Source: Paraburkholderia sp. (GTDB lineage: Bacteria > Pseudomonadota > Gammaproteobacteria > Burkholderiales > Burkholderiaceae). From it: a stretch of 64,000 nucleotides of DNA. Both the position numbers and the translations under genes were made by a program. The DNA is taken from assembly GCA_036264535.1 (NCBI GenBank), contig DATAQT010000092.1, positions 33,617 to 97,616 on the forward strand, read 5' to 3'. Positions 1 through 9,948 of the stretch are shown piece after piece. Below the pieces are notes generated by a model. That model did not search any database, was not told the DNA's origin, and worked only from the letters and a program-made list of their open reading frames with translations. Every line of letters begins with the position of its first letter. Position 1 is the stretch's first letter.

Positions 1-481
1 CATTGCGTTGCTCGGTTTGTCCGGATTCCTGCGCATCTGGCCGCGCCCTTACGACTGGCTCGTCGCGCAACTGCAAGGGCCGCTCGATCGCATCGGCGCG
101 CTCATTGCGCCGGGCACGCAACCCGGCAGCGGCAACGCGGGCGGCTTCGTGCTCGGCATGTCGCTCGGCGCGGTATGGACACCCTGCGCCGGCCCCGTGC
201 TCGCCTCGATCCTGGTGCTCGTCGTGAAGGCACAGGATCTCGGCTGGTCGGCGCTGCTGCTCACGTTGTATGCGATCGGCGCGGCCATTCCGATGCTCAC
301 GATCATCTACGGCGGACATTACGTGGCGCGCCATGTACGCGTCGTCGCACGTCACGCTGAGCACCTGCAACAGGTATTCGGCGTACTGGTGATGCTGACC
401 GCACTCGCCATCTATCTGCAATACGACGTGCTGCTGTACGCGCGGCTCGCCGCCTTCTTCCCTTCACTCAAAGGACTTTGA
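1..481 (+). CDS. CcdA/DsbD-type cytochrome c biogenesis membrane protein (5' end lies before the window)
   Basis: Hydrophobic ORF open from the window edge with the WTPCAGP redox-Cys motif; similar to the N-terminal half of DipZ at 57241. Confidence 0.85.
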   Translation, partial: IALLGLSGFLRIWPRPYDWLVAQLQGPLDRIGALIAPGTQPGSGNAGGFVLGMSLGAVWTPCAGPVLASILVLVVKAQDLGWSALLLTLYAIGAAIPMLTIIYGGHYVARHVRVVARHAEHLQQVFGVLVMLTALAIYLQYDVLLYARLAAFFPSLKGL

Positions 482-482
482 C

Positions 483-1022
483 ATGACTTCCCGATTGAAA
501 AACTTTGCACTGTCCAGCACATTTGCCGCCTGCGCGCTGCTCGCGGCGAGTACGGCCGCCATCGCCGCGCCGCAGGAGAGTGGACCGCCCGCGCCCGAAT
601 TCACCGGCATTACGCAATGGCTCAATAGCGAGCCGCTCAAATTGCAGCAATTGCGCGGCAAGGTGGTTCTGGTCGACTTCTGGACCTATAGCTGCATCAA
701 TTGCGCCAACACGCTGCCTTACGTGAAAAGCTGGAACCAGAAGTACAAGGATCAGGGGCTCACGGTGATCGGCGTGCATACGCCCGAATATCCGTTCGAA
801 CGCGACACCGGTAACGTGAAGACCGCGCTCAAACGGCTCGGCATCAGCTATCCGGTTGCGCAGGACAACCAGTACGCGACCTGGCGTGCCTATAACAATC
901 AGTACTGGCCTGCGTTCTATCTGATCGACAAGAAAGGCCAGATCGTCTACACGCACTTCGGAGAAGGCGACTACGCGCAGACCGAAGCGAAGATTCAGGC
1001 GCTGCTCGCGCAGAAGAATTGA
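483..1022 (+). CDS. exported thioredoxin-like (TlpA/redoxin) protein
   Basis: Signal peptide, VDFWTYSCINC CxxC motif, VHTPE and YWPAFY motifs; starts 1 nt after the ccdA stop. Confidence 0.9.
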   Translation: MTSRLKNFALSSTFAACALLAASTAAIAAPQESGPPAPEFTGITQWLNSEPLKLQQLRGKVVLVDFWTYSCINCANTLPYVKSWNQKYKDQGLTVIGVHTPEYPFERDTGNVKTALKRLGISYPVAQDNQYATWRAYNNQYWPAFYLIDKKGQIVYTHFGEGDYAQTEAKIQALLAQKN

Positions 1023-1051
1023 CGAAGTGTTGGCCGACTCATAAAGCGGAA

Positions 1052-1091
1052 AAGCCCCCATGCGCCCGAGCAATCCGGCGCATGGGGGCTT
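1052..1091. terminator. intrinsic terminator hairpin between convergent genes
   Basis: AAGCCCCCATGCGCC...GGCGCATGGGGGCTT inverted repeat. Confidence 0.7.
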
Positions 1092-1108
1092 GCGTTTTGA
1101 TCACCCGA

Positions 1109-1975
1109 CTAGAAAAGGTAATTGGCGAAGAGGCCGTAAGTAATCTGACTCGTCTTCTCGGTGATCGGGCTGTCGGTCGCGTCTCCGCGCAGCCACGCGA
1201 ACGACACGCTCGCTCCGACGTTCCAGCGCGTCGCGATCCGGTACACCCCGTTGACCGAGAAGCGCAACTGATTCAAGCCGGAATCGGCCGAGTAGGTCGG
1301 CAATCCAGAGCGCGCGCTCTGCTCGGACGTCACGCCAAAATACGTTTCGTTGTACTTGGCGCTTCCCCACGTCAGGCCCGGCCCCGCGCTCAGCGTCAGT
1401 TGCGGAATGGGTTGATAGCGGCCAAGCAGATCGAACGTTGCCACAGTGCCGCGGTCGTTGCCGGCAATATCGGTCAACACGCTCGCACGCGCCGAGATGA
1501 ACTGCCAGGTATAAACACCGAATAGCTCAGCGTGAGCGGTTCGTTTGACGTCGCCGAGTCCGTGCAAGCGCGAGTCGTCGGACTCGCTGCGCGGTTCGAT
1601 GAAATCGTAAGTGATCGCCGCGCCGACGCGCCAGTTGCTATCGCGATACAGATACGCACCGAGCGACAGCAACGACCCCGCATCCGGATTCGCGCCGATA
1701 AAGAAGCGGTCGTAATTCGCGCTCACCGACGGCACCACTTCCCATTTCGTCCCGCTCGCGCCAGGGAATTTCGGCATGTTCACGACCCCGGCGCCGACCG
1801 TAAAGCGCCACGGGCTCGCATTCGCGGCAGGCGTCTGTGTAATTTCCGGCGCGCCGATCGAGAACAGGCTTTCCGACAAACCGAGCGTATCGTCCGCCAT
1901 CGCGGCGACGGCGAACAGCGACAAGGCAGACCCCGCCAGCACCTTGATCATGCGCGGCTTTGACACATCAATCAT
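1109..1975 (-). CDS. MipA/OmpV family outer-membrane protein
   Basis: Signal peptide, beta-strand pattern, YNETYFGV and DATDSPI motifs, C-terminal YLF. Confidence 0.85.
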   Translation of the reverse strand: MIDVSKPRMIKVLAGSALSLFAVAAMADDTLGLSESLFSIGAPEITQTPAANASPWRFTVGAGVVNMPKFPGASGTKWEVVPSVSANYDRFFIGANPDAGSLLSLGAYLYRDSNWRVGAAITYDFIEPRSESDDSRLHGLGDVKRTAHAELFGVYTWQFISARASVLTDIAGNDRGTVATFDLLGRYQPIPQLTLSAGPGLTWGSAKYNETYFGVTSEQSARSGLPTYSADSGLNQLRFSVNGVYRIATRWNVGASVSFAWLRGDATDSPITEKTSQITYGLFANYLF

Positions 1976-2417
1976 TTCGGTTTCTCCGTGGAAAAAAGAA
2001 TAAAGGCGTGTTGCAGCGTCACTAAAAGTTGACCTGTCGCCTCAAGCGAGGATGGCAATGATGAAGCGCGAGTTCGTATTACCCGATGCAATCGCTTTAC
2101 TGGGACGTTTGTCTGACCCATCTCGCTTCCCCAACATAATTGAGTATTGCGCCTTCTTACGGGAGATTCACCGACAGAATGAGTGGTACGAGCATAGCCC
2201 GTTCTTTTCGACAGTCGCAAGCAGATTTTTTTAACTACGTGCCGCAACTGCGTAATCGTGAAATAGATGCAACTTCGATGTTTGTATTAATTCACCCGGA
2301 TTTGCCATCTTCAGTCTCAGGCGATACTCTCTGCTGGCTTGACGTTCGCGTCGCCAATTGTGAAATGTAGTCAGATGGCGGCTTTCGATGCACGGTGATC
2401 TACGTTACGGGTGAGCT

Positions 2418-3884
2418 ATGCCTTCAGGAAAGTACATCGGCAATAAAACAGTCAGTCCGTCGTTTTCATGTCTTTGTGACAAGTCTCAAGCGCAATATGC
2501 AAACCGCCGTATCAGTGCCGATCTGTCGCGCCGCGGTTTTGTCACCGGTCTCGCGGCCTCGATGCTGAGTCTGATTCTGCCCGGACTCAGCCATGCTCAA
2601 AGCAACCCACCGCCAGGACCGCCCGCGAAGCCGGTGCTGTTCACGAACTTCCGTCTGTTCGACGGCAAATCGTCGACATTGCGCGACGGCCTCTATATGG
2701 TTGTCCAGGGCGACAGCATCAGCCAGTTGGGTCACGGGCAGCCCGCTTCGAGCGAAGGCAAGACGCTCGTCGATTGTGGTGGCAAGGTCATGATGCCCGG
2801 CCTGATCGACATGCACTGGCATGCGCTGCTCGCGGCGCTGCCGATTCAGGTCATCCTTCAATCGGACATGGCATTCGTCCACCTTGCGGCGAGTGCCGAA
2901 GCCGAACGCACGCTATTGCGCGGCTTCACGACGATACGCGATGCGGGCGGTCCATCGTTCGCGCTGAAGCAGGCCATCGATAGCGGCTTGATTTCCGGGC
3001 CACGCATCTACCCGTCCGGCGCGATGATCACCACGACCGGCGGTCACGGCGATTTTCGTCCGTTGACGGATCTGCCGCGTACCAGCAGTCAGGTCACGCA
3101 AGGGGAGCGCGATGGCGGCTTCGCGATCGCCGACACCGAAGACGAAGTGCGCTTGCGCGTACGCGAGCAGTTCATTCAGGGCGCGTCGCAGGCCAAGCTG
3201 GTCGGATGCGGTGGCGTATCGACGCCGCGCAGCCCGCTCGACATGCTCACGTTCACCGAAAAGCAGCTGCGCGCGGCGGTCGAAACCGCGGCTGACTGGG
3301 GCACCTATGTCCTTTCGCATGCGTACACGCCCGAATCGATTCAGCGCTCCGTTGCGGCGGGCGTGCAGTGCATCGAGCACGGTCATCTGATGGACGACAA
3401 AAGCGCGGCGCTGATGGCAAAGAACGGCACGTGGTTGAGCACCCAGCCGTTCCTCAGTGAAGAGGACGTGGGCCCGCTCGCTCCACAGAGCCGCGAAAGA
3501 TTTCTCGAAGTGGTGGCGGGCACCGATAACGCATTCAAACTCGCGCACAAGCATGGCATCAAGGTCGCGTTCGGCTCAGACCTGCTCTTTTCGCAGGTCG
3601 TCGCCACGCGGCAAGGCACGATGCTCGCGCACATGACGCGTTGGTATAGCGCAGCCGAAGCATTGGGCATGGCAACCGGCACCAATGGCCAACTGCTCGC
3701 GCTGTCCGGTCACCGCAATCCGTATCCGCGCAAGCTCGGCGTACTCGAGGAAGGCGCGTACGCCGATCTGCTGCTCGTCGATGGCAATCCGCTCGATAAT
3801 CTCGACCTGATTGCGAATCCGGAGCAGAACCTGCGCATCGTGATGAAGGACGGGAAGTTCTACAAGAACACGCTGAAAGCGTAA
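2418..3884 (+). CDS. Tat-exported metal-dependent amidohydrolase (imidazolonepropionase/prolidase-like)
   Basis: SRRGF twin-arginine motif; PGLIDMHWH, GFTTIRDAGG, IEHG, GSD and GAYADLLLVDGNP motifs. Confidence 0.9.
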   Translation: MPSGKYIGNKTVSPSFSCLCDKSQAQYANRRISADLSRRGFVTGLAASMLSLILPGLSHAQSNPPPGPPAKPVLFTNFRLFDGKSSTLRDGLYMVVQGDSISQLGHGQPASSEGKTLVDCGGKVMMPGLIDMHWHALLAALPIQVILQSDMAFVHLAASAEAERTLLRGFTTIRDAGGPSFALKQAIDSGLISGPRIYPSGAMITTTGGHGDFRPLTDLPRTSSQVTQGERDGGFAIADTEDEVRLRVREQFIQGASQAKLVGCGGVSTPRSPLDMLTFTEKQLRAAVETAADWGTYVLSHAYTPESIQRSVAAGVQCIEHGHLMDDKSAALMAKNGTWLSTQPFLSEEDVGPLAPQSRERFLEVVAGTDNAFKLAHKHGIKVAFGSDLLFSQVVATRQGTMLAHMTRWYSAAEALGMATGTNGQLLALSGHRNPYPRKLGVLEEGAYADLLLVDGNPLDNLDLIANPEQNLRIVMKDGKFYKNTLKA

Positions 3885-3949
3885 TGAGCAATGGATGCGA
3901 TGCGGGCGCGCAACCTCGCGCACCCGCATTCGCTACACCGTCACACTAA

Positions 3950-6166
3950 TCAGCTGTGGCCCTGCAGACGGATGTCGCGCGACGATGCGCCGACGTACAC
4001 CGAGCTGCCCGGTACATAGAGCCACCGGTTGTTCGTCGTATCCCACACGCTTTGCATGCGCTGCGTCACGACCACGTGAACGTGGCGCGATTCGCCGGGG
4101 TTCAGACCAACCTTGTCCCAGCCGACCAGACGCCGCGGCGGTTCACCCTGATACGGCACGCCGAGATACACCTGCGGCACTTCCGCACCGGCCACTCGAC
4201 CATCGTTACGCACGTTGAACGACACGTCGATCAGGCCGCCCGGCAGATGCTGGACCGACAGACCCGAGTACGCGAAGTGCGTGTACGACAGGCCGTAGCC
4301 GAACTCGAACATCGGCGTGATGTTCTGCGAGTCGTACCAGCGATAGCCCATGTCGAGCTTCTCGGAGTAGACCGGGTTCGCCGCATACGCGCCATTCGTG
4401 CCCCACGTCGGCGTATCCTGGTCGCGCACCGGGAACGTGACGGGCAACTTGCCGGAAGGATTGACCTTGCCGAACAGCACGTTCGCGATCGCGTTGCCGC
4501 CGCCTTCACCCGGATACCACGCTTCGACGATCGCCGACACGCTATCCTTCCACGGCATCAGTACCGGGTTGCCGCTTTCGACGACGACGATCGTATGCGG
4601 ATTGGCCGCCGCGACCGCTTCGACGAGCGCATCCTGGTTGGTCGGATTGGCGAGGCCCAGACTCGGCTGATCGCCGATGTCCTCACCGGCCGGCTGCGCG
4701 ACCACGACAATCGCAACGTCGGAGTTGGCCGCCAGCGTCGCCGCCTGGGTGATCTGCTGCTGCGTGTAGGCGGCAAACGGCGACTGCTGATCGCTGTTGC
4801 CGGCGAACGTGACCGTGGCCTGCGGCGCGAGCGCCTGAATCGCCGACACGATCGGCGTGGGCAGCTTCAGCCACGGGTTGGTCCACCAACTGCAGCCCGT
4901 CGAGGTGCCGAAGCTCAGGCCGCCGCAACCGGCGAACGCGCCCGTCACCGGATCGCGCGTGTTGCCCGAACCGCCGCCCGTCAGCACAGCTGCGTCGGCG
5001 TGGCCGCCGATCACCGCGATGCGCGACAACGAACCGCCGGCGAGCGGCAGCTGATTGTTGGCGTTCTTCAGCAGTACCATCGATTGCTCTTCGACCGACT
5101 GAGTGAATGCTCTCGCGGCGGAGAAGTCGATGGTCGCGCCACCCTTCGCCGGATCGTCCATCACGCCCGTGCGGATCATCACATAGAGCTTGCGCTCGAC
5201 CATGTCGTCGAGCCGCGCGGTCGACACCGAGCCGTTCGCGATCGCCTGTTTGACCAGAGTGGGCGTCAGATAGACGGTCGAACCGACATCTTCTTCCTCG
5301 TCGAGACCGGCATTGATCGCGGGCGCCGTGCTATGCGTCGCGCCCCAGTCCGACTGCACCTGACCGTCGAAGTGCCAGTCGTTCTTCAGCACGTCGTTGA
5401 GAATGTGCGGGTTCTCACAGGCTTGGGTGCCGTTGACCTCGTTGTAGCTACACATCACGCTGCCGGGCTGCGCGCGGCGCGCGGCAATTTCGAACGGCAG
5501 CAGATAGAGCTCGCGCATCGTGCGCTCGTCGATCTGGCTGTTGCCGCCGCCGCGGTTATGTTCCTGCTCGTTGCCCATGTAGTGCTTGATCGTCGCGATG
5601 ACCTTCTGGCTTTGCGTCCCGTCGGTGCGCTCGGCGAGCATTTCGCCGGCAAGCACCGGATCTTCGCCGAGATACTCGAAGAGCCGGCCACCGCGCGGCT
5701 CACGCGCGAGGTTGGTGCCACCGCCGAGGCCCATGCCGAAGCCCTGCTGGCGCAACTGGATCGCGATCTGCTTGCCGAAGTTCCACGACAGCGCCCGGTC
5801 CCAGCTAGCAGCCACCGCGAGCGTCGCCGGGAACGTCGTCGATTGCTGGTTGGTACTGCCCGAACCCGTGGCGGAGTCGACCATGTTCAGGTCTGGAATG
5901 CCGAGACGCGGCACGCCCTGAATGTAGCCCGCGCCGCCGCCCGGCACGGCCGACATCGCGTACTCCGAATGAATGAACTGCAGCTTTTCGTCGATCGTCA
6001 TCTTGTTGACGAGCGTTTCGGCGCGCCGATGCGCGGCCGCCGAGGCGAATGCGTTCAGCACCGTCGACATGGGTGCAAAGTCGAGCCCGGGAGTGGGGAT
6101 TTCCGCGTGCGCAGCAGCGCTCACGGCCGCCGCTATCGCAACGGCCGGCCAAAGTTTCTTCTGCAT
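3950..6166 (-). CDS. periplasmic GH3 beta-glucosidase
   Basis: Signal peptide from MQKKLW; KHY, MCSYN and SDWGA nucleophile motifs; FEFGYGLSYT; C-terminal Fn3-like domain. Confidence 0.92.
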   Translation of the reverse strand: MQKKLWPAVAIAAAVSAAAHAEIPTPGLDFAPMSTVLNAFASAAAHRRAETLVNKMTIDEKLQFIHSEYAMSAVPGGGAGYIQGVPRLGIPDLNMVDSATGSGSTNQQSTTFPATLAVAASWDRALSWNFGKQIAIQLRQQGFGMGLGGGTNLAREPRGGRLFEYLGEDPVLAGEMLAERTDGTQSQKVIATIKHYMGNEQEHNRGGGNSQIDERTMRELYLLPFEIAARRAQPGSVMCSYNEVNGTQACENPHILNDVLKNDWHFDGQVQSDWGATHSTAPAINAGLDEEEDVGSTVYLTPTLVKQAIANGSVSTARLDDMVERKLYVMIRTGVMDDPAKGGATIDFSAARAFTQSVEEQSMVLLKNANNQLPLAGGSLSRIAVIGGHADAAVLTGGGSGNTRDPVTGAFAGCGGLSFGTSTGCSWWTNPWLKLPTPIVSAIQALAPQATVTFAGNSDQQSPFAAYTQQQITQAATLAANSDVAIVVVAQPAGEDIGDQPSLGLANPTNQDALVEAVAAANPHTIVVVESGNPVLMPWKDSVSAIVEAWYPGEGGGNAIANVLFGKVNPSGKLPVTFPVRDQDTPTWGTNGAYAANPVYSEKLDMGYRWYDSQNITPMFEFGYGLSYTHFAYSGLSVQHLPGGLIDVSFNVRNDGRVAGAEVPQVYLGVPYQGEPPRRLVGWDKVGLNPGESRHVHVVVTQRMQSVWDTTNNRWLYVPGSSVYVGASSRDIRLQGHS

Positions 6167-6337
6167 AGTTGTCTCTCCGAAATTGTGCTTTTCTGGTGGC
6201 AGCGGCGCGCGTCGGGTGGGTGGAAGGCGGACGCGAAAACAGGCATGCGGTGATGACCGCAAACGTTTGCCTGCTGGAAGAAGAATCAGCGCAACTGGAT
6301 GGGTTGTAGCGACTCTTCGTGGTGACTAATGTAGGAA

Positions 6338-6352
6338 TGTAGTCTGACTACA
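6338..6352. promoter_or_regulatory. HexR/RpiR-type operator palindrome upstream of the GH3 gene
   Basis: TGTAGTCTGACTACA, a perfect palindrome matching TGTAR-N5-YTACA. Confidence 0.6.
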
Positions 6353-6847
6353 GCATCGGTATTTATACCAATACGTGTAATTTTATGCGTAATGGGGCGT
6401 AAGGCTTTTCTTACACAGGCTAATTGAAAGCTGTCGAATCAAATCGAATAAATCGGCGGCGATTTTTTCCGTATTTTTAATTCACATTTGTGAATTCGGA
6501 AAAATGTACGGAGACGAGCGAGACGCCCTACTCTCTCCGAGCAGAGGCACAAAAGTGCGCGCTCATGGCGCCGTACACGTCGCATTTGAGCCGCATAGAG
6601 GGGTCTTTATTGGCAGGAGACAGCCGCAATGTCGGCCGCCGAATTTCTCGACAAATCGAATTCGCATCCTTCCAAAAGGCTCGGATCAACCAGATCACGA
6701 ACCCGGCTAATTGTCAGCGAAATATCACTTAAGAAATGGCAAGCGCTGCATTGCAAGTGATTACAGACGCACGTTGGCCATCCGGTATTGACAACAAAAA
6801 AACCGATGTCTAGTTTACTGGATGCAACGTCTCTTAAATTGGAACCC

Positions 6848-7435
6848 ATGGACATCAACGCCCTGATCGCGCGCCGGGTCAAAGAACTGCGCGACGCGCA
6901 GAACTGGTCGCTGGATGCGCTGGCCGAGCGTAGCAAGGTCAGCCGCTCGAACATCTCGCTGATCGAGCGCGGGCAAAGCAGTCCCACCGCAACCGTGCTC
7001 GACAAGCTCGCAACCGCGTTGAGCGTGCCGCTCGCGTCGCTATTCGAGCAGGATGGCGCGCAGGCCGCCGAACCATCGCCGGTCAGCCGCGCGGCCGAGC
7101 AGGCGGTATGGACCGATCCGAACTCCGGTTATGTGCGGCGTCATCTGTCGCCGACCGCGCGCTCGGCGATCCAGCTGGTCGAGGTCAACTTTCCCGCGGG
7201 CCAACGCGTCAGCTTCGAAACCGGCGCGCGCGACGCGGACATTCATCAACAGGTGTGGATGCTCGAAGGGACGATGGAAATCACGCTCGGCGACAGCAGT
7301 TGGCGGCTCAAAGCGGGCGATTGTCTCGCGATGCGCCTCGATAGCCCAACCGTGTTCCGCAACCCCACGCGCAAACGCGCGCGCTATCTCGTCGCGCTGA
7401 CCACCTCGCCAGTCAACGAACGGAGAAACGGATGA
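6848..7435 (+). CDS. XRE-family HTH regulator with cupin domain
   Basis: WSLDALAERSKVSRSNISLIERGQSSPT HTH plus cupin C-terminus; start could instead be 6806. Confidence 0.9.
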   Translation: MDINALIARRVKELRDAQNWSLDALAERSKVSRSNISLIERGQSSPTATVLDKLATALSVPLASLFEQDGAQAAEPSPVSRAAEQAVWTDPNSGYVRRHLSPTARSAIQLVEVNFPAGQRVSFETGARDADIHQQVWMLEGTMEITLGDSSWRLKAGDCLAMRLDSPTVFRNPTRKRARYLVALTTSPVNERRNG

Positions 7436-7959
7436 TCGATAACGTGACCATACGGCGCGTCGACGCGAACGAAGCGGCGCACTGCGTCGAAGCGCTCGCC
7501 GACGTGCTGATCGACTGTGTGGAAGGCGGCGCGTCGGTCAGCTTCATGCTGCCGATCTCGCGCGCCACCGCGCTCGCGTTCTGGCGCGACGTCGCAGAGG
7601 GCGTCGCACGCGGCGAGCGCGCATTGCTGATCGCCGAAGATCGCGACGGCGACGTCGTCGGCACCGTGCAGCTAATTACCGCGCAGCCCGAAAATCAGCC
7701 GCATCGCGCGGATGTCGCGAAGATGCTCGTGCATAGAAAGGCACGCGGGCGCGGCATCGCTCACGCTTTGATGAGCGAGCTCGATCAAATCGCGCGGCAA
7801 GAGAAGAAATCGGTTCTGGTGCTCGACACCGTGACCGGTGGCGATGCCGAGCGGCTCTATCAGCGTGCCGGCTGGCAACGCGTCGGCAGCGTGCCGAATT
7901 ACGCGCTGATGCCCGACGGTGCGTTCTGCGGCACGACCTTCTATTGCAAGCAGCTTTGA
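7432..7959 (+). CDS. GNAT N-acetyltransferase (tabtoxin-resistance-like)
   Basis: GASVSF, QPHRADVAKMLV and RGRGIA acetyl-CoA motifs; ATGA overlap with the regulator. Confidence 0.9.
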   Translation: MIDNVTIRRVDANEAAHCVEALADVLIDCVEGGASVSFMLPISRATALAFWRDVAEGVARGERALLIAEDRDGDVVGTVQLITAQPENQPHRADVAKMLVHRKARGRGIAHALMSELDQIARQEKKSVLVLDTVTGGDAERLYQRAGWQRVGSVPNYALMPDGAFCGTTFYCKQL

Positions 7960-8161
7960 CCGGCAGCAGCGCTCAATCGCTGAGCGCGACCGACGAGACC
8001 TCGCGTCCCAGGCGCTGCACGCGAGTCCGGCTCCGGGCACGACGCTCGCTAACACTCCGCTGTCCCGAACCACCGTGGCGCTCCGCGCAAGTATTTGAAA
8101 ATTTCAACTACTTGCCTATAATGCCTGCACTGCGTACAACGGCCGACAGCGGAGCAATTTC

Positions 8162-8623
8162 TTGTACTCGGACTTCCTGACTTTCAGGCTCGATCTGACC
8201 AGCGCATTGCTGATCAACCGCGCGAATACGGTCTACCGCGAGCGCTGGGATCTCGACGTGCGTGGGCTGCGCGTGCTGCGCCTCGTCTGCGCCGAGCCCG
8301 ACATCACCCCCAAGTCCGTTTCGCAGCGCGCGCTGATCGAAAAAACCCTGCTCTCCAAGGTCCTTGCAGAGCTTGAAACGCGCGGCCTGATCACTCGCCG
8401 CATGCATGCGTCGGACCGCCGTAGCATCGCGTTGCGCGCCACGGCGCATGGCCTCGAAGTTGCACAGGCGTCCGAAACGGTCGGCACCGAACTCGAAGGC
8501 GAGCTTGCGAAGGCGCTCAGCGAGAACGAGCGCAAGACGCTCGAGCGTCTGCTTCGCAAGCTTTCGCACAGCCTGCTCGAAAGCGAAAGCGGGTCCGCAA
8601 GCGCGCCACCGGCGAAATCCTGA
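8162..8623 (+). CDS. MarR-family regulator
   Basis: Winged HTH with DRRS wing; TTG start after GGAG. Confidence 0.88.
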   Translation: MYSDFLTFRLDLTSALLINRANTVYRERWDLDVRGLRVLRLVCAEPDITPKSVSQRALIEKTLLSKVLAELETRGLITRRMHASDRRSIALRATAHGLEVAQASETVGTELEGELAKALSENERKTLERLLRKLSHSLLESESGSASAPPAKS

Positions 8624-8679
8624 AGGACCATCCGCATTGCGCTGCCCTCCCTCGCGCTCACGCTAACCAGGAGCCCTCC

Positions 8680-9948
8680 ATGTCGAAGCTGATCGAAACG
8701 ATGGCGACCGCGATCGACGCGTTGCTGCCCGAACTCGAAGTGATCTACAAAGACCTGCACGCGCACCCCGAGCTGTCGATGCAAGAGGTGCGCACCGCGG
8801 GCATCGTGGCGGACTACGTGGAACAGCTCGGCTACGACGTGACGCGCAACGTCGGCGTGACGGGCGTCGTCGCGCTGCTGCGCAACGGCGACGGTCCCAC
8901 CGTGATGTTGCGCGCCGACATGGACGCGCTGCCGATGGCCGAAGCGACCGGCCTGCCCTACGCAAGTACGGTCAGGACCAAAGACGAAGACGGCATCGAA
9001 GTCGGCGTCGCGCATTCGTGCGGCCACGATATGCACGTCACGTGGCTGCTCGGCGTCGCGCGTTTGATGGCCACGCATCGCGACGCATGGCGCGGCACGC
9101 TGATGGCCGTGTTCCAGCCCGGCGAGGAAGTCGGCCGCGGTGCGCGCAGCATGCTCGACGACGGCATGACCACGCGCTTCCCGAAGCCCGACGTGATTCT
9201 CGGCCAGCACGTGATGGTCGGCGCGGCGGGCACGGTCGGTTATCGCAGCGGCACGATCCTGTCGGCCGGCGACAGCATCAAGGTCAAGCTGTTCGGCCGC
9301 GGCGCGCATGGCTCGCAACCGCAGACCTCGATCGATCCTGTGATCATGGCGGCCTCGACGACCTTGCGTCTGCAAACCATCGTGTCGCGCGAAATCGCGC
9401 CGAGCGACAGCGCCGTGCTGACTATCGGCTCGCTGCAGGCCGGCACGAAAGAAAACATCATCCCCGACGATGCGACGCTGAAGCTCAACATGCGCACCTA
9501 CGACGAAGACGTGCGCGAGTACATGCTCGGCGCGATCCGCCGTATCTGCTGCGCCGAGTGCACGGCGTCGAACGCGCCGCGCGAACCCGAATTCACGACG
9601 CTATCGAGCTATCCGCTGACGATCAACGACGCGGCGACCACCGAGCGCGTACGCAGCGCGTTCGAGGCGCAGTTCGGCCAGCGCGCGTACGAATCGCCGC
9701 CGGCTGCCGCGAGCGAAGACTTCAGCGTGTTCGGCCGCGAGTGGAACGTGCCGTACTCGTTCTGGTTCGTCGGCGGCACCGACCCCGAGGTGTTCCGCGC
9801 AGCGCTCGCCGCGAAAAAGCTCAACGAAATTCCGAGCAATCACTCGCCGAAGTTCGCACCGGTGCTCGACCCGACCCTGCGCACGGGTCTCGAAGCCATG
9901 CTGTGCGCGGCCGGTGCGTGGCTCGACCAACACGAAACTACTCAGTGA
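8680..9948 (+). CDS. M20D amidohydrolase (hippurate hydrolase-like)
   Basis: HPELS, RADMDALP, HSCGHD, FQPGEE, SEDF and NHSP motifs. Confidence 0.92.
   Translation: MSKLIETMATAIDALLPELEVIYKDLHAHPELSMQEVRTAGIVADYVEQLGYDVTRNVGVTGVVALLRNGDGPTVMLRADMDALPMAEATGLPYASTVRTKDEDGIEVGVAHSCGHDMHVTWLLGVARLMATHRDAWRGTLMAVFQPGEEVGRGARSMLDDGMTTRFPKPDVILGQHVMVGAAGTVGYRSGTILSAGDSIKVKLFGRGAHGSQPQTSIDPVIMAASTTLRLQTIVSREIAPSDSAVLTIGSLQAGTKENIIPDDATLKLNMRTYDEDVREYMLGAIRRICCAECTASNAPREPEFTTLSSYPLTINDAATTERVRSAFEAQFGQRAYESPPAAASEDFSVFGREWNVPYSFWFVGGTDPEVFRAALAAKKLNEIPSNHSPKFAPVLDPTLRTGLEAMLCAAGAWLDQHETTQ

Noticed and set aside
3956-6253. 765-aa plus-strand ORF
   Set aside because: Antisense shadow of the GH3 gene; stop-poor reverse frames are expected in GC-rich DNA and the product is Arg-rich with no motifs
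9018-9944. Apparent 523-aa fusion ORF ending in the UPF0126 domain
   Set aside because: The upstream part is an alternative frame of the M20 gene; the real start is GTG 9945
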